DNA of 64,000 nucleotides, from positions 124,001 through 188,000 of the forward strand of contig NIVC01000319.1 in NCBI GenBank assembly GCA_002269645.1, in the 5' to 3' direction. Shown here piece by piece: positions 32,093 through 44,559 of the stretch (position 1 is the stretch's first letter; the number at the start of each line of letters is the position of its first letter). The notes under the pieces are model-generated. The model had not been told where the DNA came from and ran no database searches. It saw only the letters and a program-made list of their open reading frames with translations. A program made the translations under genes and the position numbers. The DNA is from Macrostomum lignano. Lineage: Eukaryota.

Positions 32093-32760
32093 ATGCCAAA
32101 AATCGATATTCTGCGTTATTTTGTTACTATCAGTAGCTTACTGGCACATTACGTGCCCAATTTTAATCTTGATAGCTTTGTTGACGGAGCCAAACTGACT
32201 GCTGAGCGGTCGGCTCTGCTGTCGGTATAAAATTAATCCATTACTATTTTATCCCTACATTTTATTGTTTTTCAGTCTTAAATCACTGAGCAACGAACTC
32301 AACTCTGAGAAGAATTTCATTCGTGTTTTGTTTCTTTATACAGCAAATTGACGAGCCTTTTTATATTTTTTATTTTCGATTCGTTTCTCAAATCATTTTC
32401 TTGAGATTTTCGATTGGATTTTAGAAGGCCGCTAGCTAATGGCACAGCCTTCTAGACTGACTTGCGTGTCTCAGACTGTTCATTGTTCATCATGCTTGCC
32501 TTCATGTAGTGCTGCTTTTATTGTTTATTATCAGCTCAGAGATACTCAGTTGTCAGTCTGACAGAACCATGATTGAAGTTCCACTGTGTTTTTGGTACCA
32601 AGGACTGCGTCTTTGTTACGTTGACTACGATACATATCGGCTACTCGCGCAGGCTTAACATTTTTTCTGGACTGATTGCTGCACTTGTGTCATTGGCGCG
32701 CTTTTTGAGTACCCGCCTGCACCTGCTGATTCTCTACTCCACTCTTCGGCCTCTTTCCTT
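32093..32760 (+). pseudogene. Possible MAIP1/Tim44-like gene remnant
   Basis: 32093-32230 reads MPKIDILRYF...AHYVPNFNLDSFVDGAKLTAERSALLS; about 32570-32650 reads IEVPLCFWYQ. Both recall MAIP1 motifs (F..F..GAK, MCFWYL), but no continuous frame was found. Confidence 0.35.
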
Positions 32761-32779
32761 TCTTATCTACCTCTTCCGC

Positions 32780-33215
32780 CCCTCCCCCCGCCCCCTCTTC
32801 CTCCGCCCCCTCCCTCCGCCCTCTCCCTACGCCCCCTTTCACTCCGCCCCCTCTCCCTACACCCCCTCTCCCTCCGCCCCCTCTCCCTCCGCCCCCTCTC
32901 CCTACACCCCCTCTCCCTCCGCCCCCTCTCCCTCCGCCCCCTCTCACTTCGCCCCTCTCCCTCCGCACCCTCTCCCTCCGCCCCCTCTCCCTCCGCCCCC
33001 TCTCACTTCGCCCCCTCTCCCTCCGCACCCTCTCCCTCCGCCCCCTCTTCCTCCGCCCCCTCTCCCTCCGCCCCCTCTCACTTCGCCCCCTCTCCCTCCG
33101 CACCCTCTCCCTCCGCCCCCTCTCCCTCCGCCCCCTCTCACTTCGCCCCCTCTCCCTCCGCACCCTCTCCCTCCGCCCCCTCTTCCTCCGCCCCCTCTCC
33201 CTCCGCTCTCTCCTT
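32780..33215. repeat. C/T-rich low-complexity 18-bp repeat
   Basis: CCCCCTCTCCCTCCGC-type units. Confidence 0.9.
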
Positions 33216-33582
33216 CCTCCCTTCTTCCCTGTCCCACCACAGCTCAATGCTAGATTTCTCATACCAGTAAGCTACATAAAAGTTTAGCAGTTTTTTATGC
33301 AGTTTTGCTTACCCCATCTGCCACTATTAGCACTGACAGCTTTTTCTGCTCCATTAGTTAAACGATATTTTATATTTATTGTGTTTTACACTTCTAACAA
33401 ATAGTAGCCTATTTTGCTGCGTTATAATTTTTTTACTATTGATATTTATACTGCATCAATTTTTAGCCTTACACATCTCTGCCGTGCTATAAATTGATAA
33501 TGAAATTGGCGAAATACATTGGCCACTTAATCATAACTCGCTTTCATTCGCAGCTTTTCTCTGCTTTTTTAATTATTTCCCT

Positions 33583-34495
33583 GTCATCGAGCTAGAAATT
33601 CCCTTGTCATCGAGCTAGAAATTCCCCCGTCATCGAGCTAGAAATTCCCCCGTCATCGAGCTAGAAATTCCCCCGACATCGAGCTAGAAATTCCCCCGTC
33701 ATCGAGCTAGAAATTCCCCCGTCATCGAGCTAGAAATTCCCTTGTCATCGAGCTAGAAATTCCCCCGTCATCGAGCTAGAAATTCCCTTGTCATCGAGCT
33801 AGAAATTCCCTTGTCATCGAGCTAGAAATTCCCTTGTCATCGAGCTAGAAATTCCCTTGTCATCGAGCTAGAAATTCCCCCGTCATCCAGCTAGAAATTC
33901 CCCCGTCATCCAGCTAGAAATTCCCCCGTCATCCAGCTAGAAATTCCCCCGTCATCGAGCTAGAAATTCCCTCGTCATCCAGCTAGAAATTCCCTCGTCA
34001 TCGAGCTAGAAATTCCCCCGACATCGAGCTAGAAATTCCCCCGTCATCGACCTAGAAATTCCCCCGTCATCCAGCTAGAAATTCCCCCGTCATCCAGCTA
34101 GAAATTCCCCCGACATCGAGCTAGAAATTCCCCCGTCATCGACCTAGAAATTCCCCCGTCATCGAGCTAGAAATTCCCCCGACATCGAGCTAGAAATTCC
34201 CCCGTCATCGACCTAGAAATTTCCCCGTCATCGAGCTAGAAATTCCCTTGTCATCGAGCTAGAAATTCCCCCGACATCGAGCTAGAAATTCCCCCGTCAT
34301 CGACCTAGAAATTCCCCCGTCATCGACCTAGAAATTCCCCCGTCATCCAGCTAGAAATTCCCCCGACATCAAGCTAGAAATTCTCCCGTCATCGACCTAG
34401 AAATTCCCCCGTCATCGAGCTAGAAATTCCCCCGACATCGAGCTAGAAATTCCCCCGTCATCGAGCTAGAAATTCCCCCGTCATCCAGCTAGAAA
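33583..34495. repeat. 23-bp minisatellite (GTCATCGAGCTAGAAATTCCCCC)
   Basis: About 40 copies. Confidence 0.96.
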
Positions 34496-35100
34496 CTGCC
34501 AGTCGAATTAAGAAATTCCTTTCACAGAATTAAACAGCCAGAAAAGTCGAGCCTCGGTTGCACAGAGTTGCAATAGCAAATTCGTTAAGTCAAGTCAGCC
34601 CAGTTTGGTCTCCACACAGTGGCCGCAGAGTTCTTCGCAGAAATTTTTAGAGAACTTTTTTAGCTCGGGTTGCTGCCGTCTCTCAGTGAGTTGTTTAGGT
34701 TGAGCTGGCAGCCCTCTGCCTGCCCGCATTCTCCGCTCTGCATCGGAGTCAAGCGGCCCCCCACCTATTCTGCCCCGGGGGGACCCATTAGAAATTCACG
34801 GGCAGACATTTCGCACCAAGTGTTTACTATTGAGAATAAGCGGCTCGTGTTTGCGTACTCATTGTGCTGCGCCTGTGCACTCCGATCTGTTGGGTGTGAT
34901 GGAATTTCTGCCCTGCTGCTAGCTACTGGCTCTAGTGCCTACCCTTTTAGCACAGGAAACTCCTTGCATATTACTAATCAGGCATATGTATCATAGGTGT
35001 CGTTTTTGGCTTTGAACTGTTTATTAGGCTAAGACTGCTCACAGCCATTCTCAAATAATTCCTGTAATCTTCTCTTTTTGGCTCAGTATTTGTGCCTTAG

Positions 35101-36011
35101 TAGTTTCCACTGTCATTCACTGAACCCTCAGTAGTTTCCCCTCAATCCCCTGTCATTCACTGAACCCTCAGTAGTTTCCCCTCAATCCCCTGTCATTCAC
35201 TGAACCCTCAGTAGTTTCCCCTCAATCCCCTGTCATTCACTGAACCCTCAGTAGTTTCCCCTGTCATTCACTGAACCCTCAGCAGTTCCCCTGTCATTCA
35301 CTGAACCCTCAGTAGTTTCCCCTCAATCCCCTGTCATTCACTGAACCCTCAGTAGTTTCCCCTCAATCCCCTGTCATTCACTGAACCCTCAGTAGTTTCC
35401 CCTCAATCCCCTGTCATTCACTGAACCCTCAGTAGTTTCCCCTGTCATTCACTGAACCCTCAGCAGTTCCCCTGTCATTCACTGAACCCTCAGTAGTTTC
35501 CCCTCAATCCCCTGTCATTCACTGAACCCTCAGTAGTTTCCCCTCAATCCCCTGTCATTCACTGAACCCTCAGTAGTTTCCCCTCAATCCCCTGTCATTC
35601 ACTGAACCCTCAGTAGTTTCCCCTCAATCCCCTGTCATTCACTGAACCCTCAGTAGTTTCCCCTGTCATTCACTGAACCCTCAGCAGTTCCCCTGTCATT
35701 CACTGAACCCTCAGCAGTTCCCCTGTCATTCACTGAACCCTCAGCAGTTCCCCTGTCATTCACTGAACCCTCAGCAGTTCCCCTGTCATTCACTGAACCC
35801 TCAGCAGTTCCCCTGTCATTCACTGAACCCTCAGTAGTTCCCCTGCCATTCACTGAACCCTCAGCAGTTCCCCTGTCATTCACTGAACCCTCAGTAGTTT
35901 CCCCTGTCATTCACTGAACCCTCAGCAGTTCCCCTGTCATTCACTGAACCCTCAGCAGTTCCCCTGTCATTCACTGAACCCTCAGCAGTTCCCCTGTCAT
36001 TCACTGAACCC
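35101..36011. repeat. 30/40-bp minisatellite ending just upstream of CK2 beta
   Basis: CTGTCATTCACTGAACCCTCAG(T/C)AGTT(T)CCC with an optional CTCAATCCC insert. Confidence 0.96.
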
Positions 36012-36029
36012 CATGCTCGCCGGCCGCCA

Positions 36030-37283
36030 ATGCGAATGGTTGACAGCGACAGTCCCGCCAGCACCGCGGCAAACTGGATTGCCGAGTTCTGCGACCGGCC
36101 AGGCAACGAGTTCTTCTGCAAAGTAGACGAGGACTACATCAGGGACCGCTTCAACCTCACTGGACTGGGCACGGCGGTTCCGAACTACCATCGGGCCATG
36201 AAGCTCCTGCTTGATGGCCCGGAACAGCTGGACTTGGCCAGCGACGACCCGCAGCTGGAGACTCTGCAGCGGAGTGCCGAGCTGCTGTACGGCTTGATTC
36301 ACGTGCGCTTCATCATGTCCGTCCAGGGCATGCCGCAGATGGTGGCCAAGTGGATGCTGGGCCACTTTGGAGTCTGCCGCCGTGTCTTCTGCGAAAAACA
36401 GCGGGTTTTACCTGTTGGTGAGCGATTTCCAGGTATTCCTGTGCCTGTTGGTGAGCGATTTCCAGGTGTTCAGACGTGTTCCTGTGCCTGTTGGTGAGCG
36501 ATTTCCAGGTGTTCGGACGTGTTCCTGTGCCTGTTGGTGAGCGATTTCCAGGTGCTCCTGTGCCTGTTGGTGAGCGATTTCCAGGTGTTCCTGTGCCTGT
36601 TGGTGAGCGATTTCCAGGTGTTCCTGTGCCTGTTGGTGAACAGTTTCAGGGGGAGCGGTGGTTTCCAGCTGTTCCTGTGGGTTCAGGGGGAGCGGTGGTT
36701 TCCAGCTGTTCCTGTGGGTTCAGGGGGAGCGGTGGTTTCCAGGTGTTTCTGTGGGTTCAGGGGGAGCGGTGGTTTCCAGGTGTTTCTGTGGGTTCCAGGG
36801 GGGAGCGGTGGTTTCCAGGTGTTTCTGTGGGTTCCAGGGGGGAGCGGTTGTTTTTCCACTTTTTGCCAAGTCAAGGCTGCAGGGAAAAGGCCTATTCAAT
36901 AATGCTCATCGATCAACCGCAGGTCTGTCGGACATCCCAGGTGAGGCCACGGTAAAGGTGTACTGCCCCGCTGCATGGAGGTGTACGTCCCCAACTCGTC
37001 CCGCCACTTGCACGTCGACGGCGCCTACTTTGGCACAGGGTTTCCCCATTTGCTATTTTTATCCCATCCGGAATGCCGGCCCAAGCCGCCAGCCAATCAG
37101 TTTGCGCCCAGCCTGTACGGCTTCAAGATTCACCCGCTGGCCTATCAGCTGCAGCAGGCGGCGGCCGCCGGCGCCCAGCGGCAGCACCGCGACTCCGGCA
37201 TCGGCACCAGCGGCAACCCCGGGTCGACAGCCGTGACCGCTGGAGCCGCCGCTGCCGCCGCCTGTCCCGCATTCAAGCCGTGA
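36030..37283 (+). CDS. CSNK2B: Casein kinase II regulatory subunit beta (divergent); exons 36030-36417 and 36923-37283, with a 1-nt deletion at about 36966-36969
   Basis: WI..FC...[43 protein letters not shown]|[15 protein letters not shown](R)[23 protein letters not shown]; phase-1 GT-AG intron. Confidence 0.92.
36411..36850. repeat. 33-bp repeat spanning the CK2 beta donor site, grading into a second G-rich unit
   Basis: CCTGTTG|GTGAGCGATTTCCAGGTGTTCCTGTG, about 7 copies. Confidence 0.92.
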
Positions 37284-37701
37284 CAGATTGTTTAGCTTGA
37301 ACCTTGGCCTTTCTTCTGCATTCGGAAAGTTCAACTGCAAATCCACACTGAATGGCCCGCATTTCTATGGACTGAAGATTCCAAGCCTGTCTCAGTTGCC
37401 CACCCTCTGTGCTCAAATTTGAAAATTTTAATTCCATACTATGCTGAGGTCAGCGTTATTATGCTTTCCATAAATGGTAGTTGATTGATTGTCCTGTAAT
37501 CTCAGCCAACCCGCAGGATTATAAATTTATTTTTAATGCTTTTCTCTGCCTACTTTTGTTTTTTTTTAATGATCTTTCTTGTCACCCGATGTCAGGAAGT
37601 TCACCTCGGTTCGAGTGGGCAATGTTTGTTTAAATGAGCTTTTAAAAACAGTTTTGACCTAATTTTTGTTTCTTTTCTTTCATTTGAAAACTGCAGTATC
37701 C

Positions 37702-37929
37702 CAGAATCGGTCCTTCTACCCTGAGAATCGGTCCTTCTACCCTGAGAATCGGCCCTTCTACTCTCAGAATCGGTCGTTCTACCCTGAGAATCGGCCCTTC
37801 TACCCTGAGAATCGGCCTTTCTACCCTGAGAATCGGCCTTTCTACCCTGAGAATCGGCCCTTCTACCCTGGGAATCGGCCCTTCTACCCTCAGAATCGGC
37901 CCTTCTACCCCGAGAATCGGCCCTTCTAC
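37702..37929. repeat. 21-bp minisatellite (GAGAATCGGCCCTTCTACCCT)
   Basis: About 11 copies upstream of BLOC1S1. Confidence 0.93.
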
Positions 37930-38039
37930 TGTAAGGAAAGTATTCATTTTTTTCAAAAAAAACTCCATTGCAGCTACTGACAGGTCTGCAGTTAGTCAGT
38001 AGTATATCCGCAGAAAATATCGCATAGCATCTGTCGGCC

Positions 38040-38417
38040 ATGCTGTCCAGCCTGCTCAAAGAGCACCAGCGCCTGCAGTCGCAGCGTCGGGCTGCCCAGG
38101 ACGCCCGCCGTGCCGAGGTGGCAACCGGTGTAGCGTCCTTGACAACGGCTCTGGTGGACGGGCTGAACAGCGGGGTGGCGCAGGCCTACGCCAACCAGCG
38201 CAGGCTGGACTGCGAGACCAAAGCCCTGCAGGCCAGCGTCACCACCTTCGCCCGCCAGACCGGCCAGTGGATCAAGCTGGTCGAGGACCTCAACTCCGCG
38301 CTCAAGGAGATGGGAGACGTTGAGAACTGGGCCCGGAGCATGGAGAGGGACATGCGGATTGTGGTGGGCGCGCTAGAGAGCGCTTATGCTGAGCACGGAC
38401 AGGCGCAGGCCCTGTGA
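38040..38417 (+). CDS. BLOC1S1: BLOC-1 subunit 1 (GCN5L1), intronless
   Basis: MLSSLLKEHQ...LVD.LNSGVAQAYANQRRLD.ETK.L...FARQT.QW...ALKE.GDVENWARS.E.DM, matching the family throughout. Confidence 0.96.
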   Translation: MLSSLLKEHQRLQSQRRAAQDARRAEVATGVASLTTALVDGLNSGVAQAYANQRRLDCETKALQASVTTFARQTGQWIKLVEDLNSALKEMGDVENWARSMERDMRIVVGALESAYAEHGQAQAL

Positions 38418-38539
38418 CTTCTGGCACTCTCCTGACACATTAGGCACTCTCCCAAAACATCCTATTGGGCACTCTCCCGACACATGTATTGAGAACTCTC
38501 CCGATGCACCATATTGGTCACTCTCCCTAGATGTCATAT

Positions 38540-39055
38540 TGGGCACTCGAATGACACTCGTCATTTTGGGCACTCCAATGACACTGGTCATATTGGGCAC
38601 TCCAATGACACTGGTCATATTGGGCACTCCAATGACACTCGTCATAATTGGGCACTCCAATGACACTCGTCATAATTGGGCACTCCAATGACACTGGTCA
38701 TATTGGGCACTCCAATGACACTGGTCATATTGCGCACTCCAATGACACTGGTAATATTGGGCACTCCAATGACACTGGTCATATTGGGCACTCCAATGAC
38801 ACTGGTCATATTGGGCACTCCAATGACACTGGTCATATTGGGCACTCCAATGACACTCGTCATAATTGGGCACTCCAATGACACTCGTCATAATTGGGCA
38901 CTCCAATGACACTGGTCATATTGCGCACTCCAATGACACTGGTAATATTGGGCACTCCAATGACACTGGTCATATTGGGCACTCATATTGGGCACTCCAA
39001 TGACACTGATCATATTGGGCACTCCAATGACACTGGTCATATTGGGCACTCTCCG
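38540..39055. repeat. 27-bp minisatellite (GGGCACTCCAATGACACTGGTCATATT)
   Basis: About 18 copies after BLOC1S1. Confidence 0.94.
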
Positions 39056-39633
39056 GGCAATGTACTCATGGATGAATTGGGCACTCCCTGACTGTATATT
39101 GAATACTCATACTCAACTCTTTATATGGCATAATTTCCAACTCATTAATTCCGTTCAATATATCAAGTTGATGTACATTAAGAATTATTGATCTCTCGTA
39201 TTTTCGCAATCAAATTATTTGTATTCCAATTCATACCTGTGCGCGTCTCAGATTTTATTAATTATAAGCCGCACTTATCGGTCTGTGTTACCTTTCTCAT
39301 CATTTAAACAAAATCCAGATTAAATTCAATAGACACCAATAATTGAACTCTATTTCGCGGTGTTCAAAAGTCGTTTTTTACCCTGTGTTTGTCGCTTGTT
39401 TAACTATGCTCTTTTTGGCGCGAATTTGAATTTAATTGCCATATTTCAATACGCAAAATACACATTGAGCTGTTCAGTATGCTTGAACTCGGGCGGAGCA
39501 CAGCTGTGTGGTCTATTCTTATTTTATACACCAATATCTGCACAGTCAGCAGCGGCTCTGCAAAACCGGCTGCTTCGCCCGCCCCCCGCAGCTCCGGCCG
39601 CCGCAGACCTTCGCCTGAGCCCGCCGCTCATCT

Positions 39634-41620
39634 TTGAAGCCCGCAATTGTCGCCGCTCTGGCCGCAGCCGCCGCAGCTGCCTCGGTGGCCGGCGATCCCG
39701 CCGTCGTCGCTTCATCCGCCGCTGCCACCGTGGCGGCTGCCGTCGTCAACAGCCTGCAGTCGTCAGCGACCTCGACGACAACGACGGAGTCGCCGACATC
39801 GACAGCAGCCGAGAACGACAGCGAAACCGACTGCACGACTTGGCGCCGACTGTCCTGCGGTTGCCGACTGCGGATTCAGCGGCTGAGCGGAGGCGGCGGC
39901 GGCCTTCTCCGAGTCTGCGTCCGCCGCAGTTCTGCCGACGCCGACGACGTCGACAATCGGCGCGTCGGCTGGCGAATCGCCGCCAGCGTCACCCGGCTGG
40001 GCCTGGTGAGCCTCTGCCCGCTGCTGCTCTGCCTGCTGTCCACCTCGGCAGCAACCTTCGGTGCCGCCTCCAGCAGCAGGTCTCAGTGGCACCGGCTGGG
40101 CTGGCAGCTCTGGTCCGTGCCGGGCCTGCCTGCTGGCCTCTGCTGCTTGGCGCTGCTCCTGCTGCTGCTCCACTCCGCTGCTCTGGCTGGCGGCGGCTTC
40201 TGCCTCCGTGCCGGCGCCGAGACCTCCGGCGAGACCCTGCTGCTGGCGCCGGGCCTCGGCCTGCAGCACTGCCGGCTGGACCGGCGAGGCCAAACTGTAA
40301 GGGCCCGGTTCATACCGGCTCAGGCTGTGCGGGACATCATTGTGCACGAGTTCGTCACCTTTGTGAGTCCGGTTAGGGACTCCGGGATTGGCTCTCTATG
40401 GTACATTACAGGCTCTCTATGGTACATTACAGGCTCTCTATGGTACATTACAGGCTCTATGGTACAGTATAGACTCTCTATGGTACAGTACAGGCTCTCT
40501 ATGGTACAGTACAGGCTCTCTGTAGTACAGTACACAGGCTCTCTTTGGTACAGTACAGGCTCTCTATGGTACAGTACAGGCTCTCTTTGGTACAGTACAG
40601 GCTCTCTGTAGTACAGTACACAGGCTCTCTTTGGTACAGTACAGGCTCTCTATGGTACAGTACAGGCTCTCTTTGGTACAGTACAGGCTCTCTAGTACAG
40701 TACACAGGCTCTCTATGGTACAGTACAGGCTCTCTGTAGTACAGTACACAGGCTCTCTTTGGTACAGTACAGGCTCTCTTTGGTACAGTACAGGCTCTCT
40801 TTGGTACAGTACAGGCTCTCTATGGTACAGTACAGGCTCTCTTTGGTACAGTACAGGCTCTCTATGGTACATTACAGGCTCTCTATGGTACATTACAGGC
40901 TCTATGGTACAGTATAGACTCTCTATGGTACAGTACAGGCTCTCTATGGTACAGTACAGGCTCTCTGTAGTACAGTACACAGGCTCTCTTTGGTACAGTA
41001 CAGGCTCTCTATGGTACAGTACAGGCTCTCTTTGGTACAGTACAGGCTCTCTGTAGTACAGTACACAGGCTCTCTTTGGTACAGTACAGGCTCTCTATGG
41101 TACAGTACAGGCTCTCTTTGGTACAGTACAGGCTCTCTAGTACAGTACACAGGCTCTCTATGGTACAGTACAGGCTCTCTGTAGTACAGTACACAGGCTC
41201 TCTTTGGTACAGTACAGGCTCTCTTTGGTACAGTACAGGCTCTCTTTGGTACAGTACAGGCTCTCTATGGTACAGTACAGGCTCTCTTTGGTACAGTACA
41301 GGCTCTCTATGGTACATTACACAGGCTCTCTATGGTACATTACAAGTTCTTTATCAAAGGTTACGACTTCTGTATTGTATACCACAGATTTCTTTAATTA
41401 CAAAAATAGCTATGAAAATTCCCTAATTTCTGCAACAACCAAAACTTGCTACTCGCAGACGCGCGTGTTTCCTCTACTAACAGTAGTGCTGCGCGACACT
41501 TCGTCAAATGGCGGCAGCCCCAGCGGCCTCTACCAGCTGTTCTCCGAATGCTGCCTGCCGCTGGCAGTTCAGGCCGAGATCTACCGCCGCGTTCAGGCAC
41601 TGGGCGGTCTGACTGCGTGA
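39634..41620 (+). CDS. PIGH: GPI-GlcNAc transferase subunit H (PIG-H/Gpi15); exons about 39634-40362 and 41459-41620; start codon not found
   Basis: Two hydrophobic segments, then ETLLLAPGLGLQ, RFIP...V.DII.HE.V and, after a phase-0 intron (GTGAG 40363...CGCAG 41458), L.QLF.E..LP......IYR. No ATG in exon 1. Confidence 0.8.
40391..41343. repeat. 21-23-bp minisatellite filling the PIGH intron
   Basis: GGCTCTCT(A/T)TGGTACAGTACA units with a higher-order repeat of about 445 bp. Confidence 0.96.
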
Positions 41621-41790
41621 CCAACAGCTCATTGTTCCTTGCTGATGAGGCATTCCTTGAGCTGAACTGCCGCTGAGAATCCTGAGAATCGGCCTGATCT
41701 GATCCTCAGAATTGCCATCATCCCAATCAGTTTCTTGAATTGCCTCTAGCGCAAAAATTTTTTGCAAGAATTCCAAGTTTTCCAAGCTCC

Positions 41791-42604
41791 GAACAGTTTC
41801 TAAGAATCGCTCTGAACAGTTTTTAAGAATCGCTCTGAACAGTTTCTAAGAATCGCTCTGAACAGTTTCTAAGAATCGCTCTGAACAGTTTCTAAGAATC
41901 GCTTTAAATAGTTTCTAAGAATCGCTCTGAACAGTTTCTAAGAATCGCTTTAAATAGTTTCTAAGAATCGCTCTGAACAGTTTCTAAGAATCGCTTTAAA
42001 TAGTTTCTAAGAATCGCTCTGAACAGTTTCTAAGAATCGCTTTAAGCAGTTTCTAAGAATCGCTTTAAACAGTTTCTAAGAATCGCTTTAAACAGTTTCT
42101 AAGAATCGCTTTAAATAGTTTCTAAGAATCGCTTTAAACAGTTTCTAAGAATCGCTTTAAATAGTTTCTAAGAATCGTTTTAAACAGTTTCTAAGAATCG
42201 CTTTAAACAGTTTCTAAGAATCGCTCTAAACAGTTTCTAAGAATCGCTTTAAACAGTTTCTAAGAATCGCTTTAAACAGTTTCTAAGAATCGCTTTAAAC
42301 AGTTTCTAAGAATCGCTTTAAACAGTTTCTAAGAATCGCTCTAAACAGTTTCTAAGAATCGCTCTGAACAGTTCCTAAGAATCGCTTTAAACAGTTTCTA
42401 AGAATCGCTTTAAACAGTTTCTAAGAATCGCTTTAAACAGTTTCTAAGAATCGCTCTAAACAGTTTCTAAGAATCGCTCTGAACAGTTCCTAAGAATCGC
42501 TTTAAACAGTTTCTAAGAATCGCTTTAAACAGTTTCTAAGAATCGCTTTAAACAGTTTCTAAGAATCGCTCTAAACAGTTTCTAAGAATCGCTCTAAACA
42601 GTTC
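41791..42604. repeat. 23-bp minisatellite (CAGTTTCTAAGAATCGCT(C/T)T(G/A)AA)
   Basis: About 35 copies. Confidence 0.96.
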
Positions 42605-43114
42605 CAAAAACCCTTTCGTTAAGGCAAAGACAGCCGCCTTCTGTACGTCGGTACCATCGCTGGTGTTTAATGTTTGCAATCAAATGCAATAAAAATCTGT
42701 GCTATTTTTTACTTTTCTATGCAACGAACAGGGCCAAGCGATTTGTCTTTGCCAGTCGAGGCCCTCCAAAGCATTCGAGACGCCAGTTGAGCATCCATTC
42801 AGTCTGCGAGTGCACAGAATTTGGCACCTACGAGCTAGATGTAGCACCTAAATTTGCTCACTTTTGCTCCTTGGCTTGTAGATTTATCTCCAATGTTTAA
42901 TAGATTATCTCCAATGTTTAATTGATTGCTTGATTGCGATCAGAGGCCTGTCTTGTCGCTCTGAAAAACACTTGCAATCTTTTCTGTTCTTTTATATCTG
43001 CTTTTTCTATGCTCACTCTGAAATTTGGCAACTCCTTGTGCTTTTCTCGGACGCCCAGCTTTCTGCCACTGTACGTTTGGCAGCTGCTTCACTGCTAATT
43101 GCTTTCTGCTATGT

Positions 43115-44070
43115 CCTCACCCCCCCCCTCACCCTGTCCTCTCTCCCTCTCACCCTGTCCTGTCCCCCTCTCACCCTGTCCTCTCCCCCTCTCACCCTGT
43201 CCTCTCCCCCTCTCACCCTGTCCTCTCCCCCTCTCACCCTGTCCTCTCCCCCTCACCCTGTCCTCTCCCCTCTCACCCTGTCCTCTCCCTCTCTCACCCT
43301 GTCCTCTCCCCCTCTCACCCTGTCCTCTCCCCCTCTCACCCTGTCCTCTCCCCTCTCACCCTGTCTTCTCCCCTCTCACCCTGTCCTCTCCCTCTCTCAC
43401 CCTGTCCTCTCCCTCTCTCACCCTGTCCTCTCCCCCTCTCACACTGTCCTCTCCCCTCTCACCCTGTCCTCTCCCTCTCTCACCCTGTCCTCTCCCCCTC
43501 ACCCTGTCCTCTCCCTCTCTCACCCTGTCCCCTCCCTCTCTCACCCTGTCCTCTCCCCTCTCACCCTGTCCTCTCCCTCTCTCACCCTGTCCCCTCCCTC
43601 TCTCACCCTGTCCTCTCCCCTCTCACCCTGTCCTCTCCCCTCTCACCCTGTCCTCTCCCCCTCTCACCCTGTCCTCTCCCTCTCTCACCCTGTCCTCTCC
43701 CTCTCTCACCCTGTCCTCTCCCCCTCTCACCCTGTCCTCTCCCTCTCTCACCCTGTCCCCTCCCTCTCTCACCCTGTCCTCTCCCCCTCTCACCCTGTCC
43801 TCTCCCTCTCTCACCCTGTCCTCTCCCTCTCTCACCCTGTCCTCTCCCTCTCTCACCCTATCCTCCCCTCTCACCCTGTCCTCTCCCCTACTCACCCTGT
43901 CCTCCCCTCTCACCCTGTCCTCTCCCCTTCTCACCCTATCCTCCCCTCTCAACCTGTCCTCTCCCTCTCTCACCCTGTCCTCTCCCCTTCTCACCCTATC
44001 CTCCCCTCTCAACCTGTCCTCTCCCCCTCTCACCTTGTCCTCTCCCCCTCTCACCTTGTCCTCTCCCCCT
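43115..44070. repeat. C/T-rich 20-21-bp minisatellite (CTCTCACCCTGTCCTCTCCC)
   Basis: Tandem units; the long ORFs here are repeat artefacts. Confidence 0.95.
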
Positions 44071-44559
44071 GTCCTTTAAAAGTTAACCTTTTTTGCAAGG
44101 TCACAACTCTGTGAATTCAAGGATAAAAAATTAGTTTTCTACTTTATAAAATAATTTTACAATTCATGGATCTGACAAGTTACTTATTCGTCTCCTTGGT
44201 TCCTATCTGCCTCTTCTGTCTCCAGCGCTGCCTCCTGTTCTTAACATGTGCGGAATCTTTGTTAAATCAACTTTTCTATTGATGTTTTCTAATTGATTTC
44301 AAACTACAAGCCGTTACAGCGCTCATTTACTTGTCTGAATTGCTTTTGTTAAGAATGCTTTTGAAATCTTAAAAAATGTGATGTTGAGCTTGTGCTTCAG
44401 ATTGTTCAAGCTGATTTCCACCTGTCTTTGCTGGAGTCTTTTATTTCTGAACTGCGACTGAAGCCATGGACTGAATTGAGTTTTGCTTTTACCCTTGACA
44501 GTTCTTTAACCATAGAAAAGTAAAGTAACTAAGAGGGTCGCCCCTCCTACCAGCCATTG

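Noticed and set aside
32573-33262. Pro-rich extensin-like and Gly/Arg-rich ORFs
   Set aside because: Products of a C/T-rich low-complexity repeat.
42620-44260. Possible minus-strand exons around the C/T array and the long 42930-44114 ORFs
   Set aside because: The long ORFs are repeat artefacts; the short unique pieces gave no recognisable protein or consistent exon chain.
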